Shown here: positions 13,100-25,803 of the stretch, piece after piece
Layout: the number at the start of each line of letters is the position of its first letter
Numbering within the stretch: the first letter of the stretch is position 1
NCBI GenBank assembly: GCA_951406725.2
Contig: OX597815.1
Coordinates: forward strand, 108,190,001-108,254,000
Source of the DNA: Octopus vulgaris
Lineage: Eukaryota
Direction of reading: 5' to 3'
DNA length: 64,000 bases
The notes under the pieces: model-generated
The model's input: the letters and a program-made list of their open reading frames with translations, nothing else
What the model was told of the DNA's origin: nothing
Databases searched by the model: none
Program-made: the position numbers and the translations under genes

Positions 13100-13245
13100 T
13101 GTACGGCTGGCTTCTGCACAGTTTTCTTCCACCAAATTCTACTTGCAACACTGGTCAGTCTAAAGTAGAAGTCAAGTGCCCAAGGCACCAAACAATAGGT
13201 CTGAATCCATTGGTTTTAAAACAGACTCCTTAACTACACAGGTGT
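13100..13245 (-). mobile_element. Degenerate SINE B 5' portion
   Basis: ggcttctgcacagtttt...tgcccaaggcacc resembles the reverse complement of the family B head/CORE-like region. Confidence 0.5.
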
Positions 13246-13549
13246 CTACATGTATTATTGGTGCTTATTGTATCATCCTTGAAATGATGGGAAGAGCAAA
13301 AGTGGTGATGAATGGATTTCAGCACAAAATGAATATGGGCAAAACGAAATTCATCTTGCATCTGCCTTGATAGTGTGCATTATCTGTAATATCAATGATG
13401 AAAATACAAAGAGAACGCATAAACATGAAGTAGTTTACAAAGTATATAACTTTGATAACTTTGATATAGGTATAGGTCCAGACCATGTCTAACTTAATAG
13501 TACTTCCTGGTGAAGTCTTTTAGTTCATATATGAGGCATCATGGCTTAC

Positions 13550-14112
13550 TCTAGCAAAGAGTTATTATTGTTGGAGACATATCCAGGTGTAGGAGGTTGG
13601 TCCGGGATTTTTGAAGAAATTTGTCCAGTAGCTGAAGAAATTTTATGGGCTTGCTCCCCTAACTGTGGATTCTCAATTATTAAGTCAATCAATTTGTGTA
13701 GCAGTTTTCTTATTGGTTAATAATTTATCAATGTTAAAAATAAACCAGATATAGTTGCTTGGGACTGACAAGGAAAAGTATGTGAATATGTTTTCAAAAA
13801 TCAAAGAGAAAGGGGATAACTACAGACAGCTACTTTGAAGAAATTTTATGGGATCCATTTCCATTTTCACATATTTTGGTATGGTATTAACGAGAGCTGA
13901 ACCGTTTGAGGTAATGTAGTTGTGATATAATGTTGTTATGTGTCCTGAGTTCGATTTTTGTAGTGTGTGGATAGCATAGAAGTCAAGTCTTGGATGGATT
14001 TTAAAGCTGATGCCAACATCATTTATGTAATATTGATGGAATATTTTCCACATCACACAAATGATGTAGCATTCCCAGCGGCATTGGAGAGAGTAGAGAT
14101 TGAGTTTTTTTA
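13550..14112 (-). mobile_element. CR1-like LINE ORF2 C-terminal remnant, interrupted by a 186-bp insertion
   Basis: KKLNLYSLQCRWECYIICVMWKIF...HPRL...GSALVNTIPKYVK..DPIKFLQ, resuming after the insert as LLDKFLQK/PDQPPTPGYVSNNNSL. Confidence 0.75.
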
Positions 14113-14143
14113 GTCAAGTTTTAATACCTTTTTTGTGTCTCAA

Positions 14144-14365
14144 GGTAATGAGTTGGCAGAATTGTTAGCATATTGAACAAAATACTCAGTGGCCTTTTTT
14201 TATAAATCATTACATACTGAGATCAAATCTCACTGAGATTAACTTTGCTCTTTATCCTTTTAAGGTGGTTAAAATAAATACCAGTTGAGCACTAGCACTG
14301 ATGTAATTGACTAGACCTCATATTTCAAAATTGCTAACTTTGAGCCAAAATTAAAAAGAATCATT
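14144..14365 (+). mobile_element. SINE family A (diverged)
   Basis: gagttggcagaattgttagc...aactttgctctttatcc...ccagttgagcact. Confidence 0.7.
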
Positions 14366-14440
14366 GTCTTGTGTCTCTGTAAGATTTTATTGTTATTTCT
14401 TATTGAAATCTGACTTTGTTACTTGTGGGAAACTATTCTT

Positions 14441-14645
14441 TTCTACTCTAGGCCCGAAAATTTTGGGGAGGGAGCCAGTCGATTAGATCGACCCCAGTAC
14501 GAAACTGGTACTTAATTTATCGACCCTGAAAGGATGAAAGACAAAGTCGACCTCAGCAGAATTTGAACTCAGAAGGTACTGACAGATGAAATACTGCTAA
14601 CTGTTTCACCCAGCATGCTAACGTTTCTGCCAGCTCACTGCCTTA
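14441..14645 (-). mobile_element. SINE family A
   Basis: Family match; TSD gtgggaaa(c/a)tattct. Confidence 0.85.
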
Positions 14646-15384
14646 GTGGGAAAATATTCTGAATGGTTGAAAATAGTGTTAGAATCATTAGTAGATGGAT
14701 TATAGGCAGTCTTTACATGGTTCTTGACAGCTTCGACCTTGCTCCTATGAAAAGTATCTTTAATAATCAGAAGTCTGTTCTGCTACCACTCTATTATCCA
14801 TAGCTATGTTTAAGAACTTCTAATATTTTAACTCTGAAGAATTTGAACTAGCTACATTGAAATATAACAGAGTAATCAATACTGAATAAGAAAACCATAG
14901 TTACCTTGTTACCTTAGTGCTCAGTTCTAACTCAAAGCTGAAAATAATTTGATGCCAAAGACATAAAGCAATCAGGGAGAGAATAGGCCTGTTCAAATTG
15001 CTTTCTGACAATGTAAGAAAATATTACCTGCTTTTCTTAAAGTGCAATATGAATGAATGTAAAGGACAAAAGGCACTACTATGACTTAAGCAGCTGATAC
15101 TTAAAGTTATTGATCAGATCCCATCAATGAGATGAACATTTAGACAAGTTCTATATCTGTGAGGAGAATAATAATTTGTGATAAAATATAGCTTCATAGA
15201 CTTGCCGAATATTAAATCAAAAATATAAGTAGACCTCAAGAAGATTGAATTTGATAGCTGAGGGGTGTGTGTATGGGGATACAGAGTATAGAGCTTAGTT
15301 TATTTTTAACATTGATAAATTATTAACCAATAAGGAGACTGCTACACAAATTGATTGACTTAATAATTGAGAATTCTCATCAAA

Positions 15385-15488
15385 TATGTGTGTGTGTGTG
15401 TGTGTATATAAACACACACATATATATACTTATATATGTGTATATGTCTATGTGTGTTATATATATTTATATATATGCACATATAAAT

Positions 15489-15545
<57 letters not shown>

Positions 15546-15557
15546 TATAAACACATA

Positions 15558-15603
<46 letters not shown>

Positions 15604-15697
15604 TACATATATACATGCATACATACGTACACACACACACACATATATATATATACATACATATAAACATATATGCATACATATAGATAGATAGATC
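15385..15697. repeat. Compound (TG)/(TA)/(CA) microsatellite
   Basis: Direct inspection. Confidence 0.9.
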
Positions 15698-16351
15698 AAA
15701 TTAGGAAGAGAATAGTTGTATTTTTAGACACTCTATCTAATCCACTTCTAGAATTCTTATTTTCTAAAAGTGGAACAATAACTCGGTGTTAGAACATTAT
15801 TAAGAACTTTATAATGACGAGTATGGATGAGTTTGAAATTCTGCCAATTTCGTATCATCTATTAATCTCTCTAGAAGTGAATTGAGAATAATTACAAAAT
15901 AAAATACAACTAATATATTGACTTTGTTTGCTATTAGCAGGCTTTGAATTGGTTACTGCATGCTATAGGGTCTTTTCTATCTAAAATATGAAGCTATTCT
16001 TCTGCAGACTTTAAAAAAAGGTGTATATATTGTGGATAATGAAGTCTGTATTGTTTTATAACTTTCTACCATTTTAAGCAAGTCATATAACTCTAAGTAT
16101 GCAAAATAATTGAGACATTATTAGAAAAGACAATATAATGTAATTAATAAAAAATATTGTATTAGCTAATGACAAGAAATATAGTAATCTAAAGTATATT
16201 AAAGGGCTAAATTTACGTCACCATTCATACAAATATACACACATATGTATGTGTATACATGTGTGTTGTGAGCACGTATGTATATATGTATCTAGCTTTA
16301 TATGTGTGTGTGTGAGTGTGTGTGTGTGTGTGTGTGTGCGTTTGTGTGTGT

Positions 16352-16388
<37 letters not shown>

Positions 16389-16443
16389 TCCTGTTGATTC
16401 ACGAGGAAGCAATAAACTGCAGAAGTCAATGGTAAGTATAGAG

Positions 16444-16747
16444 AAGAGCTGACCAACCTGAGGCCCAAGGGTGGCATGTGGCCCACAGATTTTTATCTTG
16501 TGGCCCACTTGATATTTTCTTGAAATGGGTTTATTTAAACAAATATTCTAAAATTTTATCAAAAATTAAAGATTGTAATGGAAAGTGAAAATAATATTTC
16601 ATATTGAATCAATGATTATTTATTCATTATTGTAATAATAGCATGAGAAAGCAAAATGCTTTCCAATTCTGTCAGTATACAAGCAGCCCTCAGAAACCTT
16701 TCTGTGATTAAAGTGGCCCGCAATGTAATTCGAGTTGGTCAGGCCTG
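16444..16747. mobile_element. hAT-Charlie-like MITE (304 bp)
   Basis: TIRs aagagctgaccaac and gttggtcaggcctg, subterminal tggccc/ggccc motifs, 8-bp TSD gtatagag / gtataaag with central TA. Confidence 0.8.
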
Positions 16748-19044
16748 GTATAAAGTATTCTTTAATACATTGTAACTAAAAGGCTCATAATTCCAGTTCT
16801 CTCTGAGTTACTCTTCCTGATCGTTCAGTGAGGAATGTGAATCTGCTTTGTCTTGAAATATCTGCTATTTCAGTATATTTCGAAATGGAAATTATGAACG
16901 AAATGTGTATCTTTCCATTTTAGTTTAAAAAAAAACAAAAACATTGTACAGGCATGTGAAAAAAATTTGTTGTTTCAAGCTCACATCTTTCATTACATTT
17001 CTGGCTCTTCTGGGAATATTCTGAATGCCTTAAGCTTTATACAAGCCTGGCCACTCAAATAACTTTCTTTATGAAATCATGTTATTGTTTAAATAATGCT
17101 TTAAAGTAATATTTTAAAAAGCAGTGTATATAAGTTTAAAAGAACATAATAAGTAAGACATCCAACTGCAATGATTTGCTTGCACTGTGAGCAACATGAG
17201 CACACACACTCAGACATGTCCCCCCCCACCCGCCGAGGTTTTTTTTTTTTTTACAAGTAACCACATTTATCTAACAAAATGGTAAGAAGCAAATCTACAT
17301 CCAAAGTGTGATATTGCAATGTTGATGGAGTGCAAACAGCTACTTATCCATGAAAATTAAGTAGCACGTTTCTCTATCTCAAGTATTGCATAAAAATCAT
17401 ATATATGATTTTTGTGCAAACTCATACTCTTACATCACAAAAAATAGCAGCAACCCCCTAATCATCTCCCCTTAATCATTTACTTCTCTTATAAAAATCA
17501 AAAACTGAATTTATTAATGTTGTTTGCCAACATAGGAGTAAATATGTCAATTCAAAAATTCATCTGTCAGTTTGTTTGGCTTGTTTAACCTCCACAACAC
17601 ATCATTCCATATAAGTATTTCTAACAACTAATAGTTGAACTGACATACCAACTAATGAGTCTCAGAGAGGTCATTTCTCTCACATATAATTATTCACAAA
17701 GCTATACATCAAATCGCTAAGGGAAATATCTATATATTTTTACTGAGATCCCCTGTGCAACCAACCTATATTTGTAACCAACCACATCAACAAATTTTCT
17801 TTTTGCGTTTTACAAACACTATCTATTCACAGCCATATACATTAAAGCCTATTAACCATTTTTTTTTCTGAAAATACAATAATTAAAAAATCCTATAATT
17901 AGATGACAGAATAGAACTCGTCATTACCATTAATAATCAAACCTATTGTTTATGTTACGAAAACATAAAATTAATCAATATTCTGTGAATTTCTATTCAA
18001 AAACAGTGCATAAGTATTCTCTACAAATATTTAAACTCTTCTCATTTCCTGTTTTTATTGCTTTTAGCTTTTTTCATCTTTCTTTTCCATATCTCATGAT
18101 ACATCAATAAGTATGACCAATTTCTTGCTTCTATGAATGCTTGATGAACTCTAGGAAGAAACAAGCTGTACAGTTGTTGCACTGAAGTTCAAAAATTGTA
18201 TCGACTTCATCTTACAGATTTAGATTCTTTAATTTAAGTGCCAGCACATACATATGCTTGTATATGTTTGTTTATCTTCTGTCTTTGCTCCTTCTCATCT
18301 TTGGTCCTGTTTACTCTGCTTGCATTGGTTATGGACCTTCACCAGTACAATGCCTCAATAGGTTTTATCGAATTTGTTATCTTTTTCAACATATTCAGCC
18401 TCCTGAGATCATCTATCACCTCTTCTCATGTCTACATTGATCTCTCTCTTCTACAAATCCTTTCCACTTGGTTAGCTTAGCAGTTCTTTGCCCAACTGTT
18501 ATTCTCCATATCAAATTAGTCATCCCTTTTTATATTCAATATTTTATTAATCATTTTCTAATTTTTTCTTTCTAATTCTCCTTTGCTCCATCATACAAGC
18601 ATCAATGGATGACAATTACTTTATTTTCACCAAACTTTTGCACAACATCTATGTTTTGAAACAAATATTTGGTGCTTGTTTCAGTTTCATGCCGTGTCAC
18701 ATTTCACTCAATTGCTCTTCATTTGGAGAGAGAGCACTGTTGGTGCCTGTAGAGATGATAGCATGAAAAACACTTTTCCACCCTGCTGTTATTCTTGCTA
18801 TTATGCATTTAGAACATCCTCCATCAATGATAAATAGATTACCTGGCTAATGGAAGCAACCAAGTACTATTGGAGACCTTTGAGCATTTAAAAGAGATTT
18901 TTATAACTACACTCTTAATGTTGCTTCTGAGCTAATACAACATACATACATACATACATACATGTAAAGCTGCAGAGCTTTACACACACACACACATGCA
19001 TGCACACACATACACACATGCACACGTGCACACACACACATCAT

Positions 19045-19265
19045 TAAACGTGATTAGGATGTTAGAAAACACCTACATTGCTAGAAATAAGAGCTAAAAT
19101 GCTCTAATGCTGTTGTTAATGCACATGAATGAAAAGATATACACTAACATGCACCATAATCATTTGAAAAGTGCTGATCGAGAATTCTTAATACTGACAC
19201 ATCAGTATTGGCTCTTATTTTTTGCAATGTAGGTGTTTTCTAACAGCATAGTCACATGTTGTGAC
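19045..19265. mobile_element. Fold-back (MITE-like) element with ~50-bp inverted arms
   Basis: tgttagaaaacacctacattgctagaaataagagc versus gctcttattttttgcaatgtaggtgttttctaaca. Confidence 0.65.
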
Positions 19266-21088
19266 ATTTATAATTCTTCTTTTTGGTGAAACATTGTAAA
19301 CTGCTGCTGTTCAAATTATATATATATATATATGTATGTGTATGCATGTATATAAAGCTGCAGAGCTTGCAACACACTGAGTACCACAGGGGCCAGTCAG
19401 CACAGAAGGCCACCAAGTTGGCTCTGGAGCCAGTAGAGGTTGTGTGTTAAGGTGGCTATGTGTCAGATGGGAACTCTGAAAGGGTTAGAACAAACTGAAA
19501 ATAGATGGGGCTTGATCAGCCCTGGTTGGGTCACCTGAGTGAGTGTTTCTGACTTCAAGAAACATTGCTTATGATGTGTCCATTTGCTTTACAAGATGAT
19601 ATTTGGATAACACGCACACACATACACACACACAATTTAAGAGAAGACTGCTACATTTCCAAATTGCTAATGGTATCGTAAGCTGTGCACAGCCATTTTA
19701 TAATAAAAGAGTCTCACTTAGGCTCAAATGCAATCTTTTATGTAAATGAGAAAACACTTGTCTTGCAAAAAAATTCCAACAACTTCAATTTCAGATCATG
19801 AAATACATACCTAAATATGCTTTGGTTCACTACAAGCCACTTCAACATATAATCTCAACGTTTGCTTTGAAGTGGATAAAAAATATTTATTGAGAAACAT
19901 TACAGCCATCTTTGTCAACTTTCATAAACTCTTTCAGAAGAACTGTTGTTACTACTGGTTACTCTGCACATCTATCCAAGTAACACCCTCTTGCTTTGTA
20001 CAGTCTTGCCAACCAAATCAATGCTCTTTTAACACCAATTCCTTTTACTTTATTTTGAGTCACTTCACTTTGCATCATTTTAATTCTATTTTGCCTTATT
20101 TTTATTCTTTTTAATCGATTTCATTTTCAATCTCCTTTAAAATCAATTTTGATTTTTTTCACCACTATTTTAATACTATATTTTTTATAAATTTATAATT
20201 TTTTTATCATATATTTATATTTGATATATTTTTCATCTGATAAAGAAATATTTTATACATTTTTTCAAGATACATCAACTATTTCCACTTATCTTTATCC
20301 ATTGCCCATCCAACTCAGTTCATTGCTCCATCACCATAATGCAACTTATATTATTCTTCCATTTTTTAAATTTTTTTAATATGTATTTTTTTAAAATATG
20401 CATCTTTCTATCAGTTTCACATTCGAATGGGATTTAGTTATTTATTGACTGTCCATCCGTGTAAAAGAAACTACGTGTTTAGATGTGTGTTGGAATGTGT
20501 ATGTGCATGCATGTGAATGCAATTCTAACTTTGGTAGAATTGAAGTGCAAATATGAAAAAGACATTTTTATAATTTTAAAATTTTTTCACATATTTTTTA
20601 CTCGTATTTTTTTTATCAAATAAAGAATTTATTTTCAGTATTCTTATACATTTTACCAACAAAGCCAAAATATGTTTTACACCCAAACACTCACATGCAA
20701 AATACAAAAATATAATATTTCTTCCTCCCCAACATCCAATCAGAACTCAAAATTATATTCAAAATTTATCCATGTTTTTTTTTTAATGGAAGAAGCTGTA
20801 TAGACAGTAAGCACGATGTTTGCTCCAACCTTCACTACTGGCCAAAGATAAGGAATGTGGAGCTCAGAGAAATACTTAGAGAATTCTTAGCTTACAAAAA
20901 ATAAGATAAACTTCTCCAATGTGTATTTAATACAGTTTTTCATCTCTTCGTCATTGTTCACACAGTCATTTGTGCCATATCTTAATAAATGTATACATGC
21001 ACACATATATGTATATATATGTGCATATATACATAAAACAATAATAACTAGCAGAAAACCAACTGGAAGGTGGTATTTAGAAATAAAA

Positions 21089-21750
21089 CTTTCTACTATA
21101 GGTACAAGCCCTCAAATTTTGGAGGAGGGAACTAGTTGGTTACATTCACCCCAGTGCTCAAATGGAACTTATGTTTTTGACCCCCATAACAATAAAAGGT
21201 AAAGTCAATCTTGGCAGATTTTGAACTCAGAATATAGAGCTGGAAGAATTTCAGTGAAGTATTTTGTTCATGTTAATGCTTCTTCCAGCTTACCACCTTA
21301 TTTATGATTTCAAATTTTGGAACAAAGCCAGAAATTTCAGAGGAGGGGGGCTAGTCAATTACATCAACTCCAGTGTTTGATTGGTACTTGTTTTATTGAC
21401 CCTGAAAGGACAAAATATGAAGTTGTCCTTGGCAACATTTGAACTCAGAACGTAAAGTCAGAAGAAATACTGCTAAGCATTGTTTTTGGCTTGATAATTA
21501 TGTCAGCTGAACGCCTTGTTCACCACCTTAATAATGGTTTCAAATATTGGCACAACGTCAGCAGTTTTGAGAAGTTAAGTCAAGTAGTTAAGTCATCAAC
21601 CCTTGTGCTCAACTGGTACTTATTTTATTGACCTTGAAAGGATGAAAGGCAAAGTCAACCTCTGTGGAATTTGAACTCAGAATGTGAAGATGAACAAAAT
21701 GCCATTGAACACTTTACCTGATGTGCTAATGCTTCCACAAGCTTTCTGCC
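21089..21750 (-). mobile_element. Three tandem diverged SINE A copies
   Basis: Repeated ...aaag(g)caaagtcaa-like...tttgaactcagaa units at ~21089-21298, 21305-21515 and 21533-21750. Confidence 0.8.
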
Positions 21751-21761
21751 CCAACAATATC

Positions 21762-22362
21762 AAGCAGGAGTGGCTGTGTGGTTCTGGGTTCAGTCCCACT
21801 GCACGGCACTTTGGACAAGTGCCTTATACTATAGGCTTGTGCTGACCAAAGCCTTGTGAATGGATTTGGTAGCCAGAAACTGAAAAGAAGCCTGTTGTAT
21901 ATGTATTTATATATATATATATGTATATATATATTTTTTTCAAAATAAAGGTGGACCTCTTCCTGTCAGGTGTCCGAGATGAACCAACTTTGCAGCAGGA
22001 AGTGTAGATGAGGGCAGCTGCATCAAACTCTCTCATGCACCAAATGTCAATAGCTAAAAAGCATTCATGAAGTAAAATTATGTAGCAACACCAAATGGCA
22101 GTGAGCTGAAACTAGATGAAATAAGAAATAAAACAAATAAAAAATATATTTGTGTTTGTGTTTGTGTTTGTCCCCTACCCCTCACTATTGCTTGACAGCC
22201 AATGTTAGTATCTTTACATTCCTGTAACTTAGTGGTTTTCGGCAAAAGAGACAGATAGAATAAGTACTAAGCTTACAAAGAATAAGTTCTGGGGTTGATT
22301 TATTCGACTAAAGGTGGTGCTCGAGCATGGCTGCAGTCAAATAACTTAAACAAATAAAAGAA
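21762..22362 (+). mobile_element. SINE family B (CORE-like head, internal microsatellite, long 3' module) with nested CR1 end
   Basis: gcaggagtggctgtgtg..gggttcagtcccactgc..ttggacaagtg..aagccttgtgaatggatttggtag; 3' module gatagaataagtact...agcatggctgcagtcaaa. Confidence 0.85.
21939..22140 (+). mobile_element. 5'-truncated CR1-like LINE 3' end nested in SINE B
   Basis: FKIKVDLFLSGVRDEPTLQQEV*MRAAASNSLMHQ, typical of CR1-group ORF2 C-termini, followed by a short UTR and an A-rich tail. Confidence 0.65.
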
Positions 22363-22992
22363 TCTTTTCTACTCAAGTTACAATGCTCGAAATTTTTGGA
22401 GAGGGGCCAGTCGATTAGACTGACTCCAGTACACAACTGGTACTTAATTTATCGACCCCAAAAGGATGAAAGACAAAGTCAACCTCAGCAGAATTTGAAC
22501 TCAGAATGTAAAGACAGATGAAATACCACTAAGCATTTTGCTTAGTGTGCTAGCATTTCTGCCAGCTTGCCACCTTTAAATAGTATTCTTTTCTACTCTA
22601 GGCACAAAGCCCAAAATTTTGGGGGAGAGGGCCAGTTGGTGTGATTGACCCCTATAAGCAACTGATACTTAATTTATCGATCCTGAAAGGATGAAAGGCA
22701 AAGCCGACTTTGAGAGAATTTGAACTCAGAAAGTAAAGGCAAATGAAAAATAAAAGAATAAACAGGCCAATAGAGCATAACATGTGTGCTTAATTAGAGC
22801 ATGACAGGTAGAGTTATAACAGAGTCTGTTATAGACTCAAGGCCTGAAATTTGTGGGGAAGGGAGATAGTTATAACAACTTCAGCACTCAATTGGTTCTA
22901 ATTTTATTGACTGAAATGATTAATGGCAAAGCTGATCCTGGCAGAATTTGAACTCAAAACATAAAGCCTGAAGGAATGCCACAAAGCATTTT
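22363..22992 (-). mobile_element. Three further SINE A copies (22363-22576, 22585-22745, 22835-22992)
   Basis: Family match. Confidence 0.8.
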
Positions 22993-23021
22993 ATTTTACA
23001 TATGATAATAATGGCCTTTAG

Positions 23022-23419
23022 TAAGTGGTGAGCTAGCAGAAACGTTTGCATGCCAGCCGAAATGCTTAGCGGTATTTTGTCTGCCTTTATGTTCTGAGTT
23101 CAAATTCGGCCAAGGTTGACTTTGCTTTTCATCCTTTCGGTGTCGATAAATTAAGTACCAGTTATGCACTGGGGTCGATGTAATCGATTTAATCCGTTTG
23201 TCTATCCTTGTTTGTCCCCTCTGTGTTTAGCCCCTTGTGGGTAGTAAAGAAATAGGTATTTCATCTGTCTTTACATTTTGAATTCAAATTCCGCCAGGGT
23301 CAACTTTGCCTTTCATCCTTTTAGGGTTGATAAATTAAGTACCAGTTACGTACTGGGGCCGATCTAATCGACTGGCCCCCTCCCCAAAAGTTTCAGGCCT
23401 TGTGCCTACAGTAAAAAAG
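23022..23419 (+). mobile_element. Dimeric SINE A
   Basis: A full monomer followed by a headless second monomer; 15-bp TSD aataatggcctttag at 23007-23021 and 23420-23434. Confidence 0.9.
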
Positions 23420-24076
23420 AATAATGGCCTTTAGATTTGCACTAAAGAAATTTTTGTTAAAAATTAAAAATATGTTTTAGGAATTAAAAATAGCAATTAC
23501 AAAATTCTGAAATTTTGAATTTTAAAATTAAATATAGACTTCTTTAGGTTTTATAAACTATGAGTAGAAGAGCAAAATGAAAGGATAGAGAAAAGAAAAA
23601 GAAATGTAGAAGAGAGAAACAATATTAAATGCAGAATCAAACATTCATTGCTGGATTCTCTTTCGTAATTTAATTCCATTCAAAAATTTTCCACTGACTT
23701 CTGGTACAGAATCTTTCTTGTAGAATTTTAAATGTCATATTCGACTACTAGTGAATATTATATTCCTTATGACACTTTTGCAAGTGGCTCTGTTTGGTTG
23801 AATTATATAGGCTATGAATAGAGTGGTATAAATTTCACATATGTAAAGAGTATCATCACATTTCAAACAGTCTCTTGTTCAGATTCTCTCCTCTACATTT
23901 ACAATTTTTATTGTAGTCATGCAATAAAAGAGACCCACTTTGTATATGAGGTTTATTCTAATATCATTTAGAAAGTTTCCATTTTTAATAGGCCTCCACA
24001 TAGAATTGTTGGTCTCATCATTAATGAAAGATATACATACACAAAAGTTTTTTAAATAATATCATCATTGTCATTC

Positions 24077-24116
<40 letters not shown>

Positions 24117-24192
24117 TGTCATTGTCATCATTGTCATCATCATCATTATTGTCCTTTCTGTCATTGTTGGTGTTGTTGTTGTTATTATTATT

Positions 24193-24556
24193 CAGTAGTT
24201 TTATTTTTATATCGTGCTTTCACTTCACTACCGAGTGCAGCTCTGTGTGCCTTGGGTATGTGCTGTGGTTTGTTGTGATGCTCTTATGGTTACTGTATTG
24301 AAAGTGTTTTGCATAGGATGTGTGCGGTGCTTAGTAGTGCAATTTTCTGTACGTTATATATATTTGTTAGTCCTGGTGTTTTTGTTATGCATTTGTCTGA
24401 ATATTTTTTATCATACCTAATGCGCCTACTATGATAGGAACTGTTTCTGTTTTTAGATTCCACATTCGAGTTACCTCTATTTCCAGGTCTTTGTATTTTG
24501 AAAGTTTCTCCATTTCTTTTAGAGAAACGTTGTCATCTACTGGTATTGATACATCA

Positions 24557-24559
<3 letters not shown>
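24193..24559 (-). mobile_element. Dong/R4-type non-LTR element, short 3' fragment (subfamily 2)
   Basis: IDVSIPVDDNVSLKEMEKLSKYKDLEIEVTRMWNLKTETVPIIVGALGM...VQKIALLSTAHILCKTLSIQ*, plus a 3' UTR ending in (TAA)n. Confidence 0.85.
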
Positions 24560-24593
<34 letters not shown>

Positions 24594-24594
<1 letters not shown>

Positions 24595-25801
24595 TATGTT
24601 TGACTTTTGCTTTATGTCTGTACAAGTTGGCTCCAAGTCTCACCCAGAGACCTCAAGAGACAACAGGTTGGAAGCTCACGTTGTTGTTATGCCTAGTGTG
24701 CCATATATTTGGGGTTTTTTTTGGTGTTGTACTAATGAATGTCTAATACATAAATTTAAAAAAAAAATAAATAAAAAAATAAAAAGTTTGTTTTAAACCT
24801 TGGGATTACATAGAGAGTATTTTGCGTAGGATATGAGCAGTTCCCATGAGCGCTATCTTTTGAATTTCTGCCATTTTGGGGTTTCCTTGTATCTGAGTTA
24901 GGTAACAACCGGCCCCTTTTGCTATCATTCCCAGGGCACCTATGACAACAGGTATTGTTTTAGTCTTCAGGTTCCACATTTTGCTGATTTCTATTTCAAG
25001 ATCTTTATATTTGCTCAGTTTTTGGTAGGTCTTGACAGATACGTTTATATCGATTGGGACAGTCATATCAATGAGGAGGCATGTTCTTTGTCTGAAGTCT
25101 TTCAATATGATGTCTGGCCTATTTGCATCTATCTTTCTGTCAGTTTGGATGGTGAAGTTCCAGAGGAGTGAGATGTGGTCATTTTCAAGGACTGGAGGTG
25201 GATTGTGTTCCCACCAGTTTTTTTCATGGGGCAAATCCAGTGAATATATTGTGCAGCTCTATCATGCCTGTTGAGGTACTCTGTAGGCGCTAGAAGACTG
25301 CATTTGGAGACAACATGATCAATGGATTCATTTTGTTGTCGGCATACACGACATGTTGGGCTACTGCCGTTCTTTAATATGTTGGCCTGGTAGTTTCTTG
25401 TTGGTAGGCATTGATCTTGAGCTGCTATGATAAACCCTTCTGTTTCAGATTTTAAGCCAGAGGCCATTAGCCATTGATGGGTCAGGGCTTTGTCAATATC
25501 TGCATTATTCGCTCTCTTTGGGTATTTGCCATAGAGAGGTTTTTCTTGCCATTTATTATTCAGAATATCTAAGGCCGCAGTTTTGGCACGGGTTTTAATG
25601 CGCCTAGCTTTTTCTGTGCTTGTTTCTTGTATGTCTATCTCTAATTCCGAAATTGGTTGTATTTGGAATTCACTTAGATATTCCTTTGCCTGTTTTGTTA
25701 CTGAGTATGGTGCTTTCTTGTTTTCATGTTTTGAGACAAGTTTTAACATCCAGTCCTCAGACTTTTTCAGGTAGGTGTCTAGGCCAATTGTAGCAATCTT
25801 C

Positions 25802-25803
<2 letters not shown>
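24594..25803 (-). mobile_element. Dong/R4-type non-LTR retrotransposon, 5'-truncated (CCHC finger and restriction-like endonuclease)
   Basis: SETEGFIIAAQDQ, CRVCRQQNESIDHVVSKC, RHD, LLWNFTIQTD, RPDIILKD, K..KYKDL, PVVIGALG. Frameshift near 25235, stop at 24806-24808, (TAA)n on both sides. Confidence 0.92.

Noticed and set aside
19630-20300. Possible Penelope GIY-YIG remnant (also 41850-42520)
   Set aside because: No clean motif recoverable.
23022-23120. tRNA gene
   Set aside because: The A/B-box-like motifs belong to SINE heads; no full cloverleaf.
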